From assembly GCA_965655095.1 (NCBI GenBank), contig OZ296658.1:88722001-88786000 (forward strand): a DNA stretch of 64,000 bases. Direction: 5' to 3'. The position numbers and the translations under genes were made by a program. Positions 1 to 11,673 of this stretch are shown here, piece by piece. Within the stretch, counting starts at the first letter, position 1. Each line of letters begins with the position of its first letter. The notes beneath the pieces are model-generated. The model saw nothing but the letters and a program-made list of their open reading frames with translations, made no database searches and was not told the DNA's origin. This stretch comes from Haplodiscus bocki (Eukaryota).

Positions 1-870
1 TACTAGAGGTAACAACATCACTTTGTTAGTAATAGAAAATACAAGTAGAAAACCCTCGAGAGACTGGAATTTTAGATGAATGTTTCCAAGAAATGTTTTT
101 CTATTGGAATTCCATTAGTGCTTCGGGAAAAATGGATGGTGGGATTGAGGAGTTCTCAAGTTTACAAAATAGTTTGAATGATTTGACTGATAGAAACATT
201 ATATGCATTATATGAATTTTTCTAACCAATGTTTGTTATGAACGAAAACCTGTAGATGATGGTATTTCAAAATTAATGCTGATGGCGCATACCCCAAGCA
301 ACATAATTTACAATTCAATCTAGAACTGGTTGATTCTTATGGAAGTGATAGAAGAATTAGCGAGGATTTTCATTATTTGCGTGTTTTTGGATATCAAAAA
401 CGTAGAAGCTATAATTGAAGGTGTAAAAGATGACTTCCGCTGTCATTTTTTGAAGGAGGCATAGATGTGTAGATCAGTATGCAATCAACAACATGGGTGA
501 AAAGTCTTTTGGCTCCGTTTGGTTCGATCCAGTTGAAATTATCATCAATCCACCTGGATTATGTAAAATAACTGACATCGATAAAGCAATTGGAATTCAA
601 GTTTGAACAGATGATTTCTCAAGGAAATGTCTTCCCACAACACATCATCATTTAGTGTACACTCTAGGAAAGAATGAAGTTCTGGGTTTTACTTTTCATT
701 TTAGAAGCTGTAGAACAAATCGTTTGTGTCTTTGACTGGTCGAACAGTGATGAGGAAATTGTTATGGAAGCTATAAAAGAGATTGTGCATGCCTAAAAAT
801 TAGCTTTCGATTCATTCAAAAGAGAAAAGGAGTTTGTTGAATAAGCTCTAAAAAATGGTTTTCTTCCCAC

Positions 871-939
871 GTAAGCTGCTAAACTGGTTAAAAGTAGAAT
901 ATTGTTGTTACTTAAGCTTTAAGACCTAATTTTTTTTAG
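871..939 (+). other. Intron-like segment (69 nt) in the repeat unit
   Basis: GTAAGC donor at 871, CCTAAT branch-like site at 925-930, TTTTTTTAG acceptor ending at 939. Present in most copies; the donor GT is lost (AAAGAAAG) in units 20-22. Confidence 0.5.
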
Positions 940-2027
940 ATCACTCTTCGCTTCTGACTTACTGCTCAATGATAAGCTCTGAAATAATTTCGTCTAGCTT
1001 TAGAATTCGCTCATAGAATTCCGGAGATGGTTTGATGTTGTTTCATAGACCATAGACTTTTTTCGTGGTCAAGTGTGTGCTCCTTAGAAATTAGGAAATA
1101 GTGAAGTTCTTGTAAAAGCTGTAAAGTCACCCGTGTTCTTTGTGTTTCGCGTCAGAAAAATGCTAAAAATTGTTGAAGAATCTGTAGAAAAGTATGGGTT
1201 GATGTTGGCACAAGCTTCAGATAATTTCATACTCGAAAATGCAGTTGTTTTGAGGCAGTTAAAGAACCTCAAATTCCGGCTATTTGCATGCGAATAATTA
1301 AATAATTGGTATAGAAGCTATTGAATATGGTCTCCAAGTTGGATGTTTGCTAATCTAAACAGTAGCATAAATTGAATTCCAGTGCTGAAATCAAGGATAT
1401 TAGTCATCGCGAATTCCTTAATGGTAATACTTTTGTTGAATCACAAGGAATAAAATTGACTCCGTTTTCCAGTTTACAATGGTAGAGAAAGGTTATTTTT
1501 AACGTGATCAGTTCGGTAGAAAAATAGGTACAACTTCTTTCCTAATATTTAGGACAACCACTGGTTTGGAACAAACAGTTTTTTTTCGATGAGATGGAAA
1601 CCTAACTACTAAAAAGGAACCAACAACTCAAAAAAAATACTATCCTGAAGGAACTGAAATCAGAGATTTGATTTTGCTGAAGTTTCTGGAGTTACTATAA
1701 ATGACGAAAGGGAGTTTAGTTCAAGGAAACGAATTTCTTGCGAATTGAGATCAAATCGAAAAGTTGATGTTTAAGGTTGATGCTCTGTTAAAAACAAACT
1801 TTCAAAGTGGTTTTCGTGAAGGAAACTCAATTCGATGCTTTAATGTACAATAGAATAAAGTGCGAAACAGCATTTTTGTGGAGACAAATTGTTTCAAAAA
1901 TGATGTTCAATTGTTGTAATTTTTTTTCAAATTTGGTTTTTTTGCAATTGTTAGCATTAGTAGAATTTTTAGCAAATTATGATCCATGAAATAACACAAC
2001 AAGCAAAGTATTATAAAAGAAATACTC

Positions 2028-2079
2028 ATTGAATTAGAATTGGTTAGTGTGAAATTGAATTAGAATTGGTTAGTGTGAA
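2028..2079 (+). repeat. 26-bp perfect tandem duplication private to unit 1
   Basis: ATTGAATTAGAATTGGTTAGTGTGAA x2 (2028-2053, 2054-2079); single copy in other units. Confidence 0.95.
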
Positions 2080-2111
2080 TACTTATATGAAATTTGGTCC
2101 TGCATTAACAG
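2069..2111 (+). other. Mini-intron-like segment (43 nt)
   Basis: GTTAGT...TTAACAG, lying between two LRR-like coding remnants; the same segment is at 4972-5014 in unit 2. Confidence 0.4.
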
Positions 2112-2320
2112 CATCTGCCTTCAACCAACTTCTGGAACTCACTGGATTTTGTTTTCTGAAAATTACCGTTTAAATTCGTATGGTTGTGCGCAACGAAAAG
2201 TATTACTGAATCAACTGCCAAGGGAGCGTGGCGATTGTATTAACCTTTAATACGGAATCCGTCAACGATAGCTTACTTGCACGTTAGTGTTTGTATTCTG
2301 GATCTTTTTAACCATATGAG

Positions 2321-2952
2321 TTTCAAATATCAGAACAAATGACCATTATTTCAAACCTGCGGAGTAAGGTTCCTCAGCGAAGCGTTTTCGAGTCTCCTAT
2401 TGGACATCTCAAAGGATAACAACCTCTTTCATAGACCCAAATAGAAATCGATTGAACGAAGCACTACAAAACTTCAAAATTTTGCAGTCAATTTGTCATG
2501 TCTTCGAGTTGTGTTGACTGCATCACTAACTGCGTGTTGACTGGAAGATTTTTGAATTTGTCGTTAAAAATTAATGGACCGATCTGAATCTACTTCACTA
2601 ATGAATGTGAGTCTCTTCTACTAAAGAGTCTCTTTTTTTAAACTTTAATTTCAGATATCAAAACAAATACTCGAAACCTGTGGAGTTAGGTTCCTCAGCG
2701 AAGCTATTTCAAATCTTCGATATGACATGTCAAAGGATAACAGGATAACAACCTCGTTGATGAATCTAATCAAATCGATTGAACAAAGCACTACGAAACC
2801 TAAAATTTTTGCAGCTCAATGATCGTCTCTTTGAGATCTGTTGACTGCGTCAATAACTGCTAGTTGACTGGAAGATTTTTGGATTTGTCGGTAAAAATTC
2901 ATAGACCGATCTGAATGCACTTCAATAAGAATGTGAGTCTCCTCTACTAGAG
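2321..2952 (+). repeat. Internal ~320-bp diverged direct duplication (modules A and B) that defines the long 2.9-kb units
   Basis: A starts TTTCAAATATCAGAACAAAT...AAACCTGCGGAGTAAGGTTCCTCAGCGAAGC (2321). B starts TTTCAGATATCAAAACAAAT...AAACCTGTGGAGTTAGGTTCCTCAGCGAAGC (2649). Both end in GACCGATCTGAAT...GTGAGTCTC. Two modules are present in units 1-4, 6-8 and 11-13; one module in units 5, 9, 10 and 14-21. Confidence 0.93.
2607..2654 (+). other. Mini-intron-like segment (48 nt) separating the two internal LRR-like modules
   Basis: GTGAGT donor at 2607, T-rich tract, TTTCAG acceptor ending at 2654. A paralogous GTGAGT...AATAG segment (47 nt) lies at 2933-2979. Confidence 0.5.
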
Positions 2953-5900
2953 GTAACAACATCACTTTGTTAGTAATAGAAAATACAAGTAGAAAACCCT
3001 CGAGAGACTGGAATTTTAGATGAATGTTTCCAAGAAATGTTTTTCTATTGGAATTCCATTAGTGCTTCGGGAAAAATGGATGGTGGGATTGAGGAGTTCT
3101 CAAGTTTACAAAATAGTTTGAATGATTTGACTGATAGAAACATTATATGAATTTTTCTAACCAATGTTTGTTATGAACGAAAACCTGTAGATGATGGTAT
3201 TTCAAAATTAATGCTGATGGCGCATACCCCAAGCAACATAATTTACAATTCAATCTAGAACTGGTTGATTCTTATGGAAGTGATAGAAGAATTAGCGAGG
3301 ATTTTCATTATTTGCGTGTTTTTGGATATCAAAAACGTAGAAGCTATAATTGAAGGTGTAAAAGATGACTTCCGCTGTCATTTTTTGAAGGAGGCATAGA
3401 TGTGTAGATCAGTATGCAATCAACAACATGGGTGAAAAGTCTTTTGGCTCCGTTTGGTTCGATCCAGTTGAAATTATCATCAATCCACCTGGATTATGTA
3501 AAATAACTGACATCGATAAAGCAATTGGAATTCAAGTTTGAACAGATGATTTCTCAAGGAAATGTCTTCGCACAACACATCATCATTTAGTGTACACTCT
3601 AGGAAAGAATGAAGTTCTGGGTTTTACTTTTCATTTTAGAAGCTGTAGAACAATTCGTTTGTGTCTTTGACTGGTCGAACAGTGATGAGGAAATTGTTAT
3701 GGAAGCTATAAAAAAGATTGTGCATGCCTAAAAATTAGCTTTCGATTCATGCAAAAGAGAAAAGGAGTTTGATGAATAAGCTCTAAAAAATGGTTTTCTT
3801 CCCACGTAAGCTGCTGAACTGGTTAAAAGTAGAATATTGTTACTTAAGCTTTAAGACCTAATTTTTTTAGATCACTCTTCGCTTCTGACTTACTGCACAA
3901 TGATAAGCTCTGAAATAATTTCGTCTAGCTTTAGAATTCGCTCATAGAATTCCGGAGATGGTTTGATGTTGTTTCATAGACCATAGACTTTTTTCGTGGT
4001 CAAGTGTGTGCTCCTTAGAATTTAGGAAATAGTGAAGTTCTTGTAAAAGCTGTAAAGTCACCCGTGTTCTTTTTGTTTCGCGTCAGAAAAATGCTAAAAA
4101 TTTTGAAGAATCTGTAGAAAAGTATGGGTTGATGTTGGCACAAGCTTCAGATAATTTCATACTCGAAAATGCAGTTGTTTTGAGGCAGTTAAAGAACCTC
4201 AAATTCCGGCTATTTGCATGCGAATAATTAAATAATTGGTATAGAAGCTATTGAATATGGTCTCCAAGTTGGATGTTTGCTAATCTAAACAGTAGCATAA
4301 ATTGAATTCCAGTGCTGAAATCAAGGATATTAGTCATCGCGAATTCCTTAATGGTAATACTTTTGTTGAATCACAAGGAATAAAATTGACTCCGTTTTCC
4401 AGTTTACAATGGTAGAGAAAGGTTATTTTTAACGTGATCAGTTCGGTAGAAAAATAGGTACAACTTCTTTCCTAATATTTAGGACAACCACTGGTTTGGA
4501 ACAAACAGTTTTTTTTCGATGAGATGGAAACCTAACTATTAAAAAGGAACCAACAACTCAAAACAAATACTATCCTGAAGGAACTGAAATCAGAGATTTG
4601 ATTTTGCTGAAGTTTCTGGAGTTACTATAAATGACGAAAGGGAGTTTAGTTCAAGGAAACGAATTTATTGCGAATTGAGATCAAATCGAAAAGTTGATGT
4701 TTAAGGTTGATGCTCTGTTAAAAACAAACTTTCAAAGTGGTTTTCCTGAAGGAAACTCAATTCGATGCTTTAATGTACAATAGACTAAAGTGCGAAACAG
4801 GATATTTCTGGAGACAAATCGTTTCGAAAATGATGTTCAAGTGCTGTAATTTTTTTCAAAATTGGTTTCTTTGCAATTGTTAGCATTAGTAGAATTTTTA
4901 GCAAATTATGATCCATGAAATAACACAACAAGCAAAGTAATATAAAAGAAATGCTCATTGAATTAGAATTGGTTAGTGTGAATACTTATATGAAATTTGG
5001 TCTTGCATTAACAGCATCTGCCTTCAACCAACTTCTGGAACTCACTGGATTTTGTTGTGTGAAAATTACCATTTAATATCGTATGGTTGAGCGGAACGAA
5101 AAGTATTACTGAATCAACTGCCAAGGCAGCGTGGCGATTGTATTAACCTTTAATACGGAATCCATCAACGATAGCTTACTTGCACGTTAGTGTTTGTATT
5201 CTGGATCTTTTTAACCATATGAGTTTCAAATATCAGAACAAATGACCATTATTTCAAACCTGCGGAGTAAGGTTCCTCAGCGAAGCGTTTTCGAGTCTCC
5301 TATTGGACATCTCAAAGGATAACAACCTCTTTCATAGACCCAAATAGAAACCGATTGAACGAAGCACAAAACTTCAAAATTTTGCAGTTAATATGTCATG
5401 TCTTCGAGTTGTGTTGACTGCGTCACTAACTGCTGGTTGACTGGAAGATTTTTGAGTTTGTCGGTAAAAATAAATGGACCGATCTCAATTTACTTCAATA
5501 ATGAATGTGAGTCTCTTCTACTAAACAGTCTCTTCTTTTAAACTTCAGTTTCAGATATCAAAACATTTACTCGAAACCTGTGGAGTTAGGTTCCTCAGCG
5601 AAGCGATTTCAAATCTTCGATATGACATCTCAAATGATAACAGGATAACAACCTCGTTGATGAATCTAATCAAATCGATTGAACAAAGCACTACAAAACC
5701 AAAAGTTTTTGCAGCTCAATGATCGTCTCTTCGAGATCTGTTGACTGCGTCAATAACTGCTAGTTGACTGGAAGATTTTTGAGATGGTAGCTAAAATCAA
5801 AAAGACCCATCTGAATCTTCTTCAACAACGAAAGTGGGTCTCTTCGACTAAAGGTAGCAACATCACCTCAGTTGGTAATAGAAAATAAACATGAAAAACA

Positions 5901-8900
5901 CTCGAAAGATTGTTTTTTTAAATCAATGATTCCATAAATTGCTTTTCTTTTGGAAATCCGTCACAGCTTGGGGAAGAATGGGTGGTGGGATTAAGAAGTT
6001 CTCCAGGTTACAGAATAGTTTAATTAATACAACTGATAGAAACATCAGATGAAAGTTTCTTACCCCTGTTTATGAACGAAAACCTGTAGATAATGGTAAT
6101 TTGGAATTAATGCTGATGGCCAATACCCCAAGCAACATAATTTACAATTCAATCTAGAACTGGCTGATTCTTATGGAAGTGATAGAAGTTTTGATGAGGA
6201 TTTTCTTTGTTTGCATGATCTTGATCATTAAAAACTTTGAAAAAGCTATAATTGAGGGTTTAAACGGGGACATCAGATCTCATTTTTGAAGGAGACCCAG
6301 ATGTGTAGATCAGTATGCAATCAACATTATGGGCAAGAAGTTTATGCACTCCCTTTACTTTGATCCGGTTGAAACTGTTTACACTCCACCTGGTTTATGC
6401 GAGATGACTGACATCGGCAAAGCAATTGGAATTGAAGTTTGAACAGATGATTCCTCAAGGAAATGTCTTCGCACAACACATCATTATTTAGTGTACACTT
6501 AAGGAAAAAATGAATTTTTTGGTTTTACTTTTCAATTTAGAAGCTGTAGAACAATTGGTTTGTGTTTTGGAGTTTGTCTTTGACTAGTCCAACAGTGATT
6601 AGGAATTTGTTGTGGAAGCTATAAAAGAGAATGTGCTTGCCTAAAAATTAGCTTTCGGTTCATTCAAAAGAGAAAAGGAGTTTGTTGAATGAGCTTTAAA
6701 AATTGGTTTTCTTCCAAAGTAAACTGCTGAACTGGTTAAAAGTGGAATATTAATGCTACTTAAGCTTTAAGACGTAATGTTTTTTTAGATCACCCTTTGC
6801 TTCTGACTTACTGCACAATGATAAGCTGTAAATTAAATTTGTCTGGCTCTAGAATTCGCTCATAGAATTCCGGAGATGGTTAGGATGTTGTTTCATTGAC
6901 CATAATGTTTTTCGTGGTCAAGTGTGTGCTTCTTAGGAATTAGGAAATAATGAAGTTCTTGTACGTGCTGTAAAGGCAACTGTGTTCTTCATCTTTCGCC
7001 TGAGAAAAATTCTAAAAATTGTTGAAGAATCGGAAGAAAGGTATGGGTTGATGTTGGCACAAGCATCAGATAATTTGAAACTCGAAAATGCAGTTGTTTT
7101 TAGACAGTTAAAGAACCTAAAATGCCGTTTATTTGCACGCGAATAAATAATTAATTGGTATAGCAGCTGTTGAATATGGTCTCCAAGTTGGATGTTTGCT
7201 AATCTAAACAGTAGCTTAAAATGAATTCCATTGCTGAAATCAAGGAATTTAGTCAACGCGAGTTCCTTTTTGGTAATACTTTTGTTTAATCACAAGCAAT
7301 AAATTTGACTCCACTTTCTAGTTAACATTGTTGGAGAAAGGCTATTTTTAACGTGAGCACTTCGGTAGAAAAATAGGTACAACTTCTCTCTTAATATTCA
7401 GGACAACCACTGGTTTGGAACAAACAGTTTTTTTCGATGAGATAGGAACCTAGCTACCAAAAAAGAACCAACAACTCAAAAAAATTACTATCCTGAAAGG
7501 AACTGAAATCAGAGATTTGATTTTGCTGAAATTTCTGGAGTTACTATAATTGACGAAAAGGAGTTTAGTTCAAGGAAACGAATTTATTGCGAATTGAGAT
7601 CAAATCGAAAAGTTGATGTTTAAGGTTGATGTTCTGTTAAAAACAAACTTTCAAAGTCGTTTTCCTGAAGGAAACTCAATTCGATGCTTTAATGTACAAT
7701 AGAATAAAGTGCGAAACAGTATATTTGTGGAGACAAATCGTTTCAAAAATGATGTTCAAATGCTGTAATTTTTTTTCAAATTTGGTTTTCTTTGCATTTG
7801 TTAGCATTAGTAGACTTTTTAGCAAATTATGATCCACGAAATAACACAACAAGCAAAGTAATATAAAAGAAATGCTCATTGAATTAGAATTGGTTAGTGT
7901 GAATACTTATATGAAATTTGGTCTTGCATTAACAGCATCTGCCTTCAACCAACTTCTGGAACTCACTGGATTTTGTTGTGTGAAAATTACCATTTAATAT
8001 CGTATGGTTGAGCGCAACGAAAAGTATTACTGAATCAACTGCCAAGGGAGCGTGGCGATTGTATTAACCTTTAATACGGAATCCATCAACGATAGCTTAC
8101 TTGCACGTTAGTGTTTGTATTCTGGATCTTTTTAACCATATGAGTTTCAAATATCAGAACAAATGACCATTATTTCAAACCTGCGGAGTAAGGTTCCTCA
8201 GCGAAGCGTTTTCGAGTCTCCTATTGGACATCTCAAAGGATAACAACCTCTTTCATAGACCCAAATAGAAATCGATTGAACGAAGCACAAAACTTCAAAA
8301 TTTTGCAGTTAATTTGTCATGTCTTCGAGTTGTGTTGACTGGGTCACTAACTGCTGGTTGACTGGAAGATTTTTGAGTTTGTCGGTAAAAATAAATGGAC
8401 CGATCTCAATTTACTTATATAATGAATGTGAGTCTCTTTTACTAAACAGTCTCTTCTTTTAAACTTCAGTTTCAGATATCAAAACATTTACTCGAAACCT
8501 GTGGAGTTAGGTTCCTCAGCGAAGCGATTTCAAATCTTCGATATGACATCTCAAATGATAACAGGATAACAACCTCGTTGATGAATCTAATCAAATCGAT
8601 TGAACAAAGCACTACAAAACCAAAAGTTTTTGCAGCTCAATGATCGTCTCTTCGAGATCTGTTGACTGCGTCAATAACTGCTAGTTGACTGGAAGATTTT
8701 TGAGATGGTAGCTAAAATCAAAAAGACCCATCTGAATCTTCTTCAACAACGAAAGTGGGTCTCTTCGACTAAAGGTAGCAACATCACCTCAGTTGGTAAT
8801 AGAAAATAAACATGAAAAACACTCGAAAGATTGGTTTTTTAAATCAATGATTCCATAAATTGCTTTTCTTTTGGAAATCCGTCACAGCTTGGGGAAGAAT

Positions 8901-11673
8901 GGGTGGTGGGATTAAGAAGTTCTCCAGGTTACAGAATAGTTTAATTAATACAACTGATAGAAACATCAGATGAAAGTTTCTTACCCCTGTTTATGAACGA
9001 AAACCTGTAGATAATGGTAATTTGGAATTAATGCTGATGGCCAATACCCCAAGCAACATAATTTACAATTCAATCTAGAACTGGCTGATTCTTATGGAAG
9101 TGATAGAAGTTTTGATGAGGATTTTCTTTGTTTGCATGATCTTGATCATTAAAAACTTTGAAAAAGCTATAATTGAGGGTTTAAAGGGGGACATCAGATC
9201 TCATATTTGAAGGAGACATAGATGTGTTGATCGGTATGCAATCAACAGCATGGGCAAGAAGTTTATGCGCTCCCTGTGGTTTGATCCAGTTGAATTTACC
9301 ATCAATCCACCTGGATTATGTGAAATAACTGACATCGATAAAGCATTTGGAATTGAAGTTTGAACAGATGATTCCTCAAGGGAATGTCTTCGCACAACAC
9401 ATCATTATTTAGTGTACACTTAAGGAAAAAATGAAGTTTTTGGTTTTACTTTTCAATTTAGAAGCTGTAGAACAATTGGTTTGTGTTTTAGAGTTTGTCT
9501 TTGACTAGTCCAACAGTGATTAGGAATTTGTTGTGGAAGCTATAAAAGAGAATGTGCTTGCCTGAAAATTAGCTTTCGGTTCATTCAAAAGAGAAAAGGA
9601 GTTTGTTGAATGAGCTTTAAAAATTGGTTTTCTTCCAAAGTAAACTGCTGAACTGGTTAAAAGTGGAATATTAATGCTACTTAAGCTTTAAGACGTAATG
9701 TTTTTTTAGATCACCCTTTGCTTCTGACTTACTGCACAATGATAAGCTGTAAATTAAATTTGTCTGGCTCTAGAATTCGCTCATAGAATTCCGGAGATGG
9801 TTAGGATGTTGTTTCATTGACCATAATGTTTTTCGTGGTCAAGTGTGTGCTTCTTAGTAATTAGGAAATAATGAAGTTCTTGTAAGTGCTGTAAAGTCAA
9901 CTGTGTTCTTCATCTTTCGCCTGAGAAAAATTCTAAAAATTGTTGAAGAATCGGAAGAAAGGTATGGGTTGATGTTGGCACGAGCATCAGATAATTTGAA
10001 ACTCGAAAATGCAGTTGTTTTTAGACAGTTAAAGAACCTAAAATGCCGTTTATTTGCACGCGAATAAATAATTAATTGGTATAGCAGCTGTTGAATATGG
10101 TCTCCAAGTTGGATGTTTGCTAATCTAAACAGTAGCTTAAAATGAATTCCATTGCTGAAATCAAGGAATTTAGTCAACGCGAGTTCCTGTATGGTAATAC
10201 TTTTGTTTAATCACAAGCAATAAATTTGACTCCGCTTTCTAGTTAACATTGTTGGAGAAAGGCTATTTTTAACGTGAGCACTTCGGTAAAAAAATAGGTA
10301 CAACTTCTCTCCTAATATTTAGGACAACCACTGGTTTGGAACAAACAGTTTTTTTCGATGAGATAGGAACCTAGCTACCAAAAAAGAACCAACAACTCAA
10401 AAAAATTACTATCCTGAAAGGAACTGAAATCAGAGATTTGATTTTGCTGAAATTTCTGGAGTTACTATAATTGACGAAAAGGAGTTTAGTTCAAGGAAAC
10501 GAATTTATTGCGAATTGAGATCAAATCGAAAAGTTCATGCTCTGTTAAAAACAAACTTTCAAAGTCGTTTTCCTGAAGGAAACTCAATTCGATGCTTTAA
10601 TGTACAATAGAATAAAGTGCGAAACAGTATATTTGTGGAGACAAATCGTTTCAAAAATGATGTTCAAATGCTGTAATTTTTTTTCAAATTTGGTTTTCTT
10701 TGCATTTGTTAGCATTAGTAGACTTTTTAGCAAATTATGATCCACGAAATAACACAACAAGCAAAGTAATTTAGAAGAAATACTCATTGAATTAGAATTG
10801 GTTAGTGTGAATTCTTATTTGAAAGTTGGTCTTGTATTAACAGCATCTGCCTTCAACCAACTTCTGGAACTCACCGGATTTTGTTTTCTGAAAATTACCG
10901 TTTAAATTCGTATGGTTGTGCGCAACGAAAAGTATTACTGAATCAACTGCCAAGGGAGCGTGGCGATTGTATTAACCTTTAATAAGGAATCCATCAACGA
11001 TAGCTTACTTGCACGTTAGTGTTTGTATTCTGGATCTTTTAAACCTTATGAGTTTCAAATATCAGAACAAATGACCATTATTTCAAACCTGCGGAGTAAG
11101 GTTCCTCAGCGAAGCGTTTTGGAGTCTCCTATTGGACATCTCAAAGGATAACAACCTCTTTCATAGACCCATATAGAAATCGATTGAACGAAGCACAAAA
11201 CTTCAAAATTTTGCAGTTAATTTGTCATGTCTTCGAGTTGTGTTGACTGCGTCACTAACTGCGTGTTGACTGGAAGATTTTTGAGTTTTTCGTTAAAAAT
11301 TAATGGACCGATCTGAATCTACTTCACTAATGAATGTGAGTCTCTTCTACTAAAGAGTCTCTTTTTTTAAACTTTAATTTCAGATATCAAAACAAATACT
11401 CGAAACCTGTGGAGTTAGGTTCCTCAGTGAAGCTATTTCAAATCTTCGATATGACATGTCAAAGGATAACAGGATAACAACCTCGTTGATGAATCTAATC
11501 AAATCGATTGAACAAAGCACTACGAAACCTAAAATTTTTGCAGCTCAATGATCGTCTCTTCGAGATCTGTTGACTGCGTCAATAACTGCTAGTTGACTGG
11601 AAGATTTTTGGATTTGTCGGTAAAAATTCATAGACCGATCTGAATGCACTTCAATAAGAATGTGAGTCTCCTC

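Larger units (their letters stand above)
531..3470 (+). pseudogene. Representative repeat unit read as a decayed NLR-like (NACHT helical/winged-helix + RI-like LRR) gene fragment, repeated in every unit
   Basis: Plus-strand motifs fall in NLR order: EVLGFT (676-693), EAVEQIV...MEAIKE (704-780), KLAFDSFK (797-820), EFAHRIPEM (1003-1029, FxHxxxQE-like), DLILLKFLELL (1665-1697), FNCCNF...LALVEFL (ORF 1807-1989), SENYRLNSYGC (2155-2187), CGVRFLSEA (2358-2384 and 2679-2705) and FQEMFFYWNSISASG (LxxLxLxxNxIxxxG-like, in the open frame starting at 2980; same as 36 onward in unit 1). There are many stops, frameshifts and deletions, and no Walker A was found. Recognised by eye, no HMM run. Confidence 0.6.

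Noticed and set aside
2-22. TRGNNIT as an LRR motif
   Set aside because: It lies inside the putative 47-nt GTGAGT...AATAG intron and is not conserved in c-type units, so it was not used as evidence.
59-155. RDW...VFLLEFH and DGGIEEF read as the NACHT post-Walker-A segment and Walker B
   Set aside because: There is no Walker A upstream and the two motifs are in different frames. The long open frame from position 36 reads better as an LRR (FQEMFFYWNSISASG...NDLTD), so the NACHT reading is probably coincidental.
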